From Clostridiales bacterium (lineage in GTDB: Bacteria > Bacillota > Clostridia > Christensenellales > UBA1242), in contig DPGI01000009.1 of NCBI GenBank assembly GCA_003522085.1, positions 66,483 through 130,482 of the forward strand: a stretch of DNA of 64,000 nucleotides, read 5' to 3'. Of the stretch, positions 42,446 through 51,700 are shown one piece after another. A program made the translations under genes and the position numbers. The stretch's first letter is position 1. Each line of letters starts with the position of its first letter. Below the pieces are notes generated by a model. It made no database searches. It was not told the origin of the DNA and saw only the letters and a list, made by a program, of their open reading frames with translations.

Positions 42446-44344
42446 TTGACCAACCCTTTTTCTCTTCATTCGTTCAAAAAAAGGTTACTCGCACTTTCGC
42501 TGCTGGTAACCTTTCTTTTTTGTGCGCTGTCTGTGCGCCTTTTTGTCGTGCAAATCATAAACGGAAAAGATTTGCAACTCAAAGCGACTTCGCAGTGGAC
42601 AAGAGACTTGGCGATCACTGCTCCGCGCGGCGATATTTATGATGTTACTGGCTCTAGACTTGCAACGAGTTATACAACCTACAACGTTTATGTGCGCGGG
42701 CGCGAGATTGAAAATCCCGAACAAGTCAGCAAGTTTTTGTCGGACATTTTATCGCTTGACTATTTGAAAGTTTTTGAAAAAGTCATCAAAAAAAATATCT
42801 CAGAAGTGCTTATCAAGTTGCAGGTTTCTGCCGACGTCGCCGAAGAGATTTATCGTCAAAAATTCAGCGGAGTTTATCTTGCTGAAAGTGTCGGGCGTTA
42901 TTACACTTACGGAAATTTGCTTTCACAGGCCTTGGGATTTGTCAGTGTCGACAATGCGGGGCAAAGCGGAATAGAGTCACAGTTTGATGCGCTTTTGAAG
43001 GGTGCAGATGGTTATTCGTTTACGCAAAGTGACTTGCAGGGAAAAGAAATCGGCGGAACTTTGAGATATTATGTTCCGGCGACAAAGGGCGCTGACATTA
43101 GGTTGACCGTCGATTCAAAAATTCAACTGATTTTAGAGCAGGCGCTTGAAAAAATCATGACCGAACAAAAAGCAAAAAATGCGACCGGGCTGGTGATGAA
43201 TGCCAAGACGGCGGAAGTTTTGGCGATTTCGACCAAGCCTAGTTTTGACCTTAACAATATTCCGCGTGACGACATTGCTAAACTGTTTGATGAATCAAAA
43301 ATCAAGGCGATCACCGATGTTTACGAACCCGGCTCGACTTTTAAAATTCTCACGCTTGCCGCTGCGCTTGAAGAGGGCGTCGTCAGCGAAAATGACAGAT
43401 TTTATTGTGGCGGTTCACGTGTAATCGACGGGGTTAAGATTAGGTGCTGGCGAAGTATCGGACATGGGTCGCAGGATTTGCAAGAGGGTCTTGCCAATTC
43501 GTGCAACTGCGTGTTCATGGAGTTGGCTATGCGACTGGGCGTTGATAAGTTTTATGATTATATGCAAAAGTTTGGGCTCGGACAAAAGACGGGGATTTCG
43601 CTGGCGGGCGAAGTCGGTGGCATTTTGATGGACAAATCTATCGTTAAACGTGTCGACCTTGCACGTATGGGGTTCGGACATGCTGTTGCGGTTACGCCTA
43701 TTCAACTGCTCACCGCTGTTGACGGCATTGTTAACGGCGGAAAATTGACCACGCCCACCATTGTCAGCGAGGCGGTCGATGTTTTTGGAAACCAGATTTA
43801 CCATTCCAGCCACGAAGTCAAGCGCCAAGTAGTTTCAGAGTCGACTTCGCAAAGAGTTTGCAAACTGCTGTCAAAAGCCACCAACAAGCACGGCGACTAT
43901 ACTTTTGTGGAAGGTTATGACGTCGGCGGCAAAACAGGAACAGCGCAAAAATACGACGCCACAGGGCACATCGCGCAGGGCAAGTATATTTCAAGTTTTA
44001 TCGGAACTTTCCCAGCCACCGATCCGGACTATCTTGTGATGGTTATGGTTGACGAGCCGAGTGCGGGTGCTTATTACGGAAGCGTTGTCGCAGCACCTTA
44101 CGGCAAAGAGATTTTTAGCGGCATTTTTAAATATCTCGATATTAAAAAACAAAACGAAACAACCATTATCGAACTTGTCGAAATGCCCGATTTGGTCGGA
44201 AAAACTTTGACCGATGCGGCGATTGAACTTAAAAAGTTGGGGATTTCGTTTGAAACCGACGGCGAAGGCGGAATTGTTTTGAAACAACTTCCACCTGCGG
44301 GGACAAAGGTCGCAAAAGGCGATACAATAATTTTAATTACTTGA
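42446..44344 (+). CDS. ftsI: class B penicillin-binding protein (FtsI/PBP2B-like) with a C-terminal PASTA domain
   Basis: TTG start after GGAGGT. N-terminal TM, SxxK (GSTFKIL), SxN (NSCN), KTG (GKTGTA), and PASTA (VEMPDLVGKTLTDAAIELKKLGISFETDGEGGIVLKQLPPAGTKVAKGDTIIL). Confidence 0.88.
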   Translation: MTNPFSLHSFKKRLLALSLLVTFLFCALSVRLFVVQIINGKDLQLKATSQWTRDLAITAPRGDIYDVTGSRLATSYTTYNVYVRGREIENPEQVSKFLSDILSLDYLKVFEKVIKKNISEVLIKLQVSADVAEEIYRQKFSGVYLAESVGRYYTYGNLLSQALGFVSVDNAGQSGIESQFDALLKGADGYSFTQSDLQGKEIGGTLRYYVPATKGADIRLTVDSKIQLILEQALEKIMTEQKAKNATGLVMNAKTAEVLAISTKPSFDLNNIPRDDIAKLFDESKIKAITDVYEPGSTFKILTLAAALEEGVVSENDRFYCGGSRVIDGVKIRCWRSIGHGSQDLQEGLANSCNCVFMELAMRLGVDKFYDYMQKFGLGQKTGISLAGEVGGILMDKSIVKRVDLARMGFGHAVAVTPIQLLTAVDGIVNGGKLTTPTIVSEAVDVFGNQIYHSSHEVKRQVVSESTSQRVCKLLSKATNKHGDYTFVEGYDVGGKTGTAQKYDATGHIAQGKYISSFIGTFPATDPDYLVMVMVDEPSAGAYYGSVVAAPYGKEIFSGIFKYLDIKKQNETTIIELVEMPDLVGKTLTDAAIELKKLGISFETDGEGGIVLKQLPPAGTKVAKGDTIILIT

Positions 44345-44375
44345 TAAATTGCTCGTAAAATGCTAAAATAACAAC

Positions 44376-45092
44376 ATGGAACTTTGGATTATTATAGTTA
44401 TTGTTGTTGCGGTTGTGGCATTGATAAGCGCATTGCTTGCTGTTGGCAATTATGCCGGCGATAAATTTGCTGACGCTTACGAAAAAGCGTTTTCAATTTC
44501 AGCGGGCGCACATGTTTCTGTGCTGGAATTTGTAACCGAGCAAAATTATGCGCACTTTGACGGAAAACTTAAAATTTCAAGAACTAAAAAAGTTTTCGGG
44601 GACGCATATTCTTCCAAAAACAAAACGTTGATTTTGACCGACAAGACGCTCGGCTCGACATCGGTTGGAGCGTTTGCGGTTGCGGCGCACGAATTGGGGC
44701 ATGCCTTGCAAGACAAAGAAAGCAAAAAGGTTAAAGCCTTAAACACTATGCGCACAATAGGCTGGATTGTGGGAAAATTGTTTTTGCCACTCATTTTAGC
44801 ATTTATTGTTTTGATTTTCTTCCAAAATTTGCAGACGTATGCGTTCATTATTGGGGGAGTGGCAGCAGGAATTTTCCTGTTTGCAGTGATAATCAAACTG
44901 TTTATAATTTCGATTGAAAAAGATGCATCGTCACGCGCGATAAAAATGCTTGACGAATTCGTTCCAGATGCACAAATGAAAGACGTGAAAAAAATCTTGA
45001 ATGCGGCACGCCTAACATATTGGAGCGATCTTGTTCGATTGCTGTTTGGTTGGAGCGGGCTTGTGCGCAAAACAAAATTGTTTAGAAAATAA
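44376..45092 (+). CDS. membrane zinc metallopeptidase (YugP / Zn_peptidase_2 family)
   Basis: HELGHALQ (HExxH) preceded by LILTDKTLGSTSVGAFAVAA. N-terminal and C-terminal TM segments. Confidence 0.78.
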   Translation: MELWIIIVIVVAVVALISALLAVGNYAGDKFADAYEKAFSISAGAHVSVLEFVTEQNYAHFDGKLKISRTKKVFGDAYSSKNKTLILTDKTLGSTSVGAFAVAAHELGHALQDKESKKVKALNTMRTIGWIVGKLFLPLILAFIVLIFFQNLQTYAFIIGGVAAGIFLFAVIIKLFIISIEKDASSRAIKMLDEFVPDAQMKDVKKILNAARLTYWSDLVRLLFGWSGLVRKTKLFRK

Positions 45093-45122
45093 AAAATGCG
45101 GGCTGATGTCCGCATTTTTTTA
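45091..45122. terminator. bidirectional terminator between convergent genes
   Basis: ATGCGG / CCGCAT stem, 8-nt loop, A6 on the left and T8 on the right. Confidence 0.7.
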
Positions 45123-45156
45123 TGTGTCTGTTTTGAGATTGGATTTGCGAGTGCTG

Positions 45157-46539
45157 TTATAATTCAATTTTCTTTGAAATATAATCTTTAAGTTCGTCAA
45201 CATGAAGACGGATTTGTTGCATTGTGTCGCGATCACGAACAGTGACTGTATCGTTTTCAAGTGTGTCAAAGTCAACTGTTACGCAAAGCGGAGTTCCGAT
45301 TTCGTCTTCACGGCGATAACGCTTTCCGATTGAGCCGGCTTCGTCATAATCAACCATGAAGTGTTTGCTGAGTTGAGCATAAATCTCACGGGCTTTTTCA
45401 GAAAGATTTTTTTGAAGGGGAAGGATTGCAACCTTGTATGGAGCAATTGCAGGGTGGAAGTGCATTACAACTCTGCTTTCGCCATTTTCAAGTTGTTCTT
45501 CATCATAGGCGTTGCAAAGATATGCAAGCATAAGTCTTTCTACACCGAGTGATGGTTCGATTACATATGGAATGTATTTTTCGTTTGTTACAGGGTCTTG
45601 ATAAGTTAAATCTTTACCGCTGAATTTTGCGTGTTGTGAAAGGTCATAATCTGTGCGGTCGGCTACACCCCAAAGTTCGCCCCAGCCGAATGGGAATTTA
45701 AATTCAAAGTCAGTTGTTGCTTTTGAATAGAAGCAAAGTTCTTCTTGATCGTGGTCGCGAAGTTTAAGATTTTCATCTTTAATTCCGATTTCAAGCAGCC
45801 AGTTGTGGCAGAAGTTTTTCCAATAGTTAAACCACTCAAGGTCTGTTCCTGGTTGGCAGAAGAATTCGAGTTCCATTTGTTCGAATTCACGAACGCGGAA
45901 GATGAAGTTTCCTGGAGTGATTTCGTTCCTAAAACTTTTCCCAATTTGACCGATCCCGAAAGGCACGCGTTTTCTTGTTGAACGTTGAACATTTTTGAAA
46001 TTTACGAAAATTCCTTGTGCGGTTTCTGGGCGAAGATAGATTGTTGAACTTGAATCTTCGGTTACACCTTGGAATGTTTTAAACATAAGGTTAAACTTTC
46101 TGATTGGAGTAAAATCAGATTTTCCACAGATAGGGCATACGATTGATTTTTCTTTAATGTAGTTTTCAAGTTGTTCGTTGCTCCAGCCTGCGATATTTTC
46201 TTCGATTCCTTTTTTCTTCATGTATTCTTCAATAAGATTGTCGGCGCGGTGACGTGCTTTGCAGTTTTTGCAGTCCATAAGTGGGTCTGAAAATCCGCCT
46301 AAGTGTCCGCTTGCTTGCCAAACTGTTGGGTTCATCAAGATTGAGCAGTCAAGTCCAACGTTGTATGGATTTTCTTGCACAAACTTTTTCCACCAAGCGG
46401 CTTTGATATTGTTTTTCATTTGCACGCCAAGAGGGCCGTAGTCCCACGCGTTTGCAAGTCCGCCATAAATTTCACTTCCTGGGAAGATGAAACCTCTGCC
46501 TTTGCAGAGATTTACGATTTTGTCCATTGTTGCTTTCAT
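45157..46539 (-). CDS. glyQS: glycyl-tRNA synthetase (single-chain alpha2 type)
   Basis: [34 protein letters not shown]..., motif 2 [25 protein letters not shown], and the anticodon-binding C-domain. Confidence 0.95.
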   Translation of the reverse strand: MKATMDKIVNLCKGRGFIFPGSEIYGGLANAWDYGPLGVQMKNNIKAAWWKKFVQENPYNVGLDCSILMNPTVWQASGHLGGFSDPLMDCKNCKARHRADNLIEEYMKKKGIEENIAGWSNEQLENYIKEKSIVCPICGKSDFTPIRKFNLMFKTFQGVTEDSSSTIYLRPETAQGIFVNFKNVQRSTRKRVPFGIGQIGKSFRNEITPGNFIFRVREFEQMELEFFCQPGTDLEWFNYWKNFCHNWLLEIGIKDENLKLRDHDQEELCFYSKATTDFEFKFPFGWGELWGVADRTDYDLSQHAKFSGKDLTYQDPVTNEKYIPYVIEPSLGVERLMLAYLCNAYDEEQLENGESRVVMHFHPAIAPYKVAILPLQKNLSEKAREIYAQLSKHFMVDYDEAGSIGKRYRREDEIGTPLCVTVDFDTLENDTVTVRDRDTMQQIRLHVDELKDYISKKIEL

Positions 46540-46561
46540 ATTTTTCTCCTTTTTTAAGGCA

Positions 46562-46722
46562 TGGGTTTAAATAAAAAAGCCCTATGCCGATTTTCAGCAT
46601 AGGGGCGATTGATTGGTCGCTGTTCCACCCTAATTCGCAAGTTGTCTTGCCTTCGTTTACCGTTTCGCTGGCGGCGCTTCGCTCAAAGATTCCAACCTTT
46701 TCATCACGAAGATTAAATTACA
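46562..46722 (-). promoter_or_regulatory. T-box riboswitch leader of glyQS
   Basis: The minus strand reads GAATTAGGGTGGAACAGCGACC (T-box sequence, forward 46615-46636) followed by terminator GCCCCTATGCTG / CGGCATAGGGC (one internal mispair) plus U6. A K-turn-like CTTCGTGATGA...TGAGCGAAG hairpin sits at the 5' end. Confidence 0.75.
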
Positions 46723-46728
46723 TGACTG

Positions 46729-46757
46729 ATTATATGTTTAATTTATCTTTTTGTCAA
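46729..46757 (-). promoter_or_regulatory. consensus promoter for the glyQS leader
   Basis: Minus strand: TTGACA (46752-46757), 17-nt spacer, TATAAT (46729-46734). Confidence 0.65.
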
Positions 46758-46770
46758 TTAAAATTTAATT

Positions 46771-46800
46771 AAAACAAAAAAGAAGGATTATTTTCCTTCT
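46771..46800 (-). terminator. terminator after the ABC-F gene
   Basis: AGAAGGA / TCCTTCT stem, 6-nt loop, then a U-rich run on the minus strand. The stem touches the stop codon. Confidence 0.68.
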
Positions 46801-48377
46801 TATTTTTGTTTTTGCATATATTCTTCATATGTTCCGTTGAAATAAACAATTTCGTCTTCGCTTTTAATGTCGATTATGCGATTTGCAACTGTTTCAATTA
46901 TTTCTTGGTCGTGCGATGCAAAAAGGAGAGGCCCTTTAAAGTTTTGCATTCCAGTGTTAAGCGAAGTGATGCTTTCAAGGTCAAGGTGGTTTGTAGGTTC
47001 GTCCATGATGATTACATTTGCGCCCTTAAGCATCATTTTTGCAAACATACATCTTACGCGTTCGCCACCAGAAAGAACGTTGACAGGTTTAAGGTTTTCT
47101 TCGCCGGTGAAAAGCATTCTGCCAAGCCAACTTCTAATGTATGTTTCGTTTTGGTCTTTTGAAAATTGTCTGAGCCAGTCAACTATTGACAGGGTGCAGT
47201 TTTCAAAATATTCACGGTTATCTTGTGGGAGATATGAAATAGAAATCGTTTTGCCAATATGAATTGAACCGCTGTCCGCTTGTTCTTTTCCCATTAAAAT
47301 ATTAAATAAAGTTGTGATATCTTGGCTGTTTTTGGCAAAAAATGCGATTTTTTGGTCTTTTTCTACATTAAAAGAAAGATTTTTAAACATTCCTTTTTTA
47401 GTAAGGTTTGTAACTTTTAAAATTTCTTTTCCGATTTCTTGGTCGAATCTGAAGTCGATGTAAGGATATTTTCTTGATGAAGGTTTAATATCTTCGATTG
47501 TCAATTTTTCAAGTTCGCGTTTTCTGCTTGTTGCTTGTTTTGATTTTGAAGCATTGGCAGAGAAACGAGCGATAAATTCTTTTAATTCTTTTGCACGTTG
47601 TTCGGCCTTTTTGTTTTGGTCTTTTAATTGACGCGCGATGAGTTGACTTGATTGATACCAGAAGTCATAGTTTCCGATAAACATATTTATCTGACCGAAG
47701 TCTACGTCACATATGTTTGTGCAGACTTTATTTAAGAAGTGACGGTTGTGGGACACGATAATAACGATATTTTCAAAGTCGAGCAAGAAATTTTCAAGCC
47801 AAACGGCTGTTTTGAAATCAAGGTTGTTGGTTGGTTCGTCCAAAATCAAAATGTCAGGATTTCCAAACAATGCTTGAGCAAGCAAAACTTTGACCTTTAT
47901 TTTTGGATCGACATCACGCATAAGTGAATAATAAATTTCATCAGTTACGCCCATACCTTGCAAAAGGTTTTTGGCTTCGCTTTCTGCTTCCCAGCCGCCA
48001 AGTTCGGCAAATTCTGTTTCAAGTTCGCCAGCTTTGATTCCGTCTTCTTCGGTGAAGTCAGGTTTAGCATAAAGAGCGTCTTTTTCTTTTTGAATGTCCA
48101 TCAAACGCTTGTGTCCAAGCAAAACTGTGTCAAGAACGGTTTCGTTGTCGAATGCGTTTTGGTTTTGTTGCAACACGCTCATTCTTTCGCCAGGCGTGAT
48201 AAAAACATCGCCGGTGTTTGGTTCTAATTCGCCGGTGAGAATTTTTAAGAAGGTTGATTTGCCAGCGCCGTTTGCCCCGATGATGCCATAGCAGTTGCCT
48301 TTTGTAAACTTTAAATTGACATCTTTATAAAGAGTTCTGCCACCGAATGCGAGTGATACGTTGTTTACTTGAATCAT
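46800..48377 (-). CDS. ABC-F family ATPase (two fused ABC domains, no TM domain)
   Basis: Walker A GANGAGKST, signatures LSGGERVRCMFAKMML and the first-domain equivalent, and an inter-domain linker rich in K/R/E (ARQLKDQNKKAEQRAKELKEFIARF). Confidence 0.9.
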   Translation of the reverse strand: MIQVNNVSLAFGGRTLYKDVNLKFTKGNCYGIIGANGAGKSTFLKILTGELEPNTGDVFITPGERMSVLQQNQNAFDNETVLDTVLLGHKRLMDIQKEKDALYAKPDFTEEDGIKAGELETEFAELGGWEAESEAKNLLQGMGVTDEIYYSLMRDVDPKIKVKVLLAQALFGNPDILILDEPTNNLDFKTAVWLENFLLDFENIVIIVSHNRHFLNKVCTNICDVDFGQINMFIGNYDFWYQSSQLIARQLKDQNKKAEQRAKELKEFIARFSANASKSKQATSRKRELEKLTIEDIKPSSRKYPYIDFRFDQEIGKEILKVTNLTKKGMFKNLSFNVEKDQKIAFFAKNSQDITTLFNILMGKEQADSGSIHIGKTISISYLPQDNREYFENCTLSIVDWLRQFSKDQNETYIRSWLGRMLFTGEENLKPVNVLSGGERVRCMFAKMMLKGANVIIMDEPTNHLDLESITSLNTGMQNFKGPLLFASHDQEIIETVANRIIDIKSEDEIVYFNGTYEEYMQKQK

Positions 48378-48608
48378 GTCTTTATTTCCTTTTAAACAAA
48401 ATTATTATGGACTAAATATTATAAATTGTCAATAATTTAATGTTTTTTAATTGATTTTTATTATTTTTTTGTTATTTTTTAATCATTTTTATTAAATTAT
48501 TGATTTTTAGGCTTATTTAAAGGCGATAAAAAGTTTTTTTAATTTTTTTTATATTTTTTATATAATAAAAAAATATTTTTTATTTTTAATTTTTCCTTTT
48601 ACTTTGCT

Positions 48609-48636
48609 TTGAAAAATTTGTCAAAAAAAGTATAAT
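48609..48636 (+). promoter_or_regulatory. candidate promoter of the giant gene
   Basis: TTGAAA (48609-48614), 16-nt spacer, TATAAT (48631-48636), 85 nt upstream of the ATG. Confidence 0.5.
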
Positions 48637-48720
48637 TAAATTGAAGTATTATGCAAACAATAAATTAGTCTTGTATTTTGCAAACGCCTTCAAAAGTTTA
48701 ATAAAGGTTGGAGATAATTT

Positions 48721-51700
48721 ATGAAACTTAAAGCGCCTAAAACTTGGCAACTTATTTTAATCTTAGTCTCAGTTATTGTGCTGGCTATCGGCGGCTCATT
48801 TTTGGCTGTCTATCTTAAAACAGGATTCAAACCAGAAGTTACACCTCCAGAGTCAATCGAAATAAATGACGTTGATGGCGTTTATAATTTATCCACGACA
48901 CAATATGAAGCCGTAAAGCAATTTAGACTTAAAATCACAACTCCAACCGAAAACGTAACTCAAAACGAAATCACATTAAGCTTTGCATCTGGCGTTTCAG
49001 TAACAACAACCGAAGACGGAAAAATCTCAGACGGAATTATCATCGTTCCACAAAAAGTAAAAATGAATGAGGAATTTTATGTTCAACTTGTTCAAGAAGC
49101 ATATCTCGACTCTAACAGCGACGAACATATATTAAACAAAGGCGGGATCTCACACCTTATCGTTACCACTCAAAACAACACGCTTACTTCATCGCAAATC
49201 CAAGTTGCTGTTGACAAGCCAGTAGGGGAAATTAAACTTGAAGCATACAACGCTACAACAGGCGACAAACTCACAGCTGATGGCGCAAACAAAATTTCAC
49301 AAGGCACAAACTTTGTTTTAAAACCAACCTTCTATCCAGAAGCAAGCCAATATATGTTCAGCGACGATAAAAACGACGCGGCAACCACAAAAAGACAAAA
49401 AGATATATATTATGAATCAGCTTCTTCAAACGAAGGAATTACATTAAACTACAATGACGGCGACATCTATTTTGTAGCCGGAAACGAAACTTCAGCCGGC
49501 AACATTATCAACGCCTACACATTCGCTTCGGCCGAAGACCAAGCAGAATTTTATGCTAACAACTCCGAACTTGCAGGCCTTCCACTTTACACCGAAGCAA
49601 TCCGCGTTTTGTCAACCGCTGAAAAAGCAATCAAAACACAAATCAAAGTTGACGTTGTTGAAGCCAATGTTGGAAGTTTTTCAATCAAACCAACAGCGGG
49701 CTCACCATTTGAATTTACGGTTAACAAACTGTTTAGAATTTCAGCTGGATCGAGTGCTCTTGCCGAAAAAGAAATATCTATCAGAATTCGCGACATTCAC
49801 GACAACGACCTTTCATCTATGATTAAAAATGTCGGCCTTCGAATTATCTCAATCAAAGATACAAACTCAGGACTTGATATTGTCAACGACCTTTCAAACT
49901 TTGTTACAGTTAAGGGCGGAGCAATCAAAATTTACGACGAAAAAGAATATGTTTTAATCAATTCAAACGTTAAAAACCTTAACCACGCATATTGGGAAAT
50001 ATCAACTAACGGCGAATATGAAATCGTTGCTGAAATTAAACTTTTTGTTCAAGACGAAAATGGTGATACACACATTTTTGATAACGCCACCGAACGCAAA
50101 GTCTATATGCAATCAAAAGAAAATGTTGAATCTGACATTTATTGGGAAACCGGTATTGTTGAATCGGGCATTTCAATGACAATCGTATACGACAAAAACG
50201 GAAATGTTCTTTCTTCAGAATACAAAGACGATTTAAGAACAATCTCTCACGTTCCATCAACAAACGTTTATACAAAGAGAGTTTTCTTTGCATATTATGA
50301 TGCCGCTTTTCCTGATGGAAAGGACATGGGTGACTATGTTGCTGTTACTGACGACGGCGCAGGAATGTATACAATTTCAAGCGGAGAAACCAAAAAACTT
50401 TACCCATTGCTCAATAGTTATCAACTTGTAGCAAAAGAAGCGATTGACTTCAACCTTGTTTTTGCAACAGTTAGAACTGATGCATACGGCAACCCAATCA
50501 TGAACGCATCAGGAACTTACACTCTTGAAAAAATCTCTTCAAAAGTTTTAGTTTCTGTTAAAAAGACTCTGCAAGGATTCAAGTCAGTTGTAATCGACTC
50601 AATCGACGAAAAATATTTCGTAGAAAATCGCGGTTATTATGCAATTCCAACAGGTGTTGAAAACGCTTTTGAATTAAAACTTACATTAAAAGAAGCGAGT
50701 GATGCGGCTATTTTCGAAAACGAAAAAAGCAAAATCTCTTTCTATGCAAGCAAAGACATTGCAGGCAAAGACAGAGTTGGAAGCGATGTTTTTGAATTTG
50801 GCGAAATGACTCTTGCTGGCGGCGTTGTTACTATTCCAGTAAAAACAAAAGCTGATGTAAACATTGCTGAAAAATTGGGAACAAAATTCTTTGTTCGTGT
50901 TGAATACAACAACTCAGTTGCAATTTTAGATTGGACTGCTCAACCTGCTGATGGCGACAAGCAAGCGGGAGTAGTTGTTTACAACCAACGTCCAGACGGA
51001 ATTTCAAATGATTTTTTAGAAAATCAAACATTTAATGTAACTCAAACAATGACAAACACCGGTTCTAGTGAAATAACAATTAGGGGCGGGAAAATTGCCG
51101 AACCAGGATATATTGGCGAAAACGCAATTAATCAGTTTGCTGAACTTATAAATGGCGAAAATTATACTATAATCACTGACGTTTACGGACGTGCTTTTAA
51201 GTATGATTACACAATTTCATCTTCTAATTCAAAAATCGTAATTGCGGACAACAACGAAAAGAAAATCACATTCGGCACAGGCACTGAAGATGGAATTATT
51301 GTTACAATCACAGCGGGCAGCAAATCATTCAACTTTACATTAAATGTTTCAACTACTGGTGTGACAGGAATTAAAGTTGATGGAAAAGATCAAGACAACC
51401 TTGCAAATCCAAAATACTCATTGGATGGCAAAGTTGAAAAGGATGCAAGCGGAAATTATAAAGAAATCGTTCTCAAAAACACAGCCGGTGAAGGTGCTAG
51501 AAATGGACTTCTTGATGTCTTTGTGTCTTCTGGACTATATGATCCAAGCTACTATACAATCAAACTTAAAGATGAACCAAGCCAAGCATTGACAGAGATG
51601 ATTACCTTTGAGTATGGAAATACTACGACGGAAATTAAAAGTTTCAAAATTAAAGAAAACTTTGCAGACGACGTTACAATTTCATTTGTTGCAACAAACA

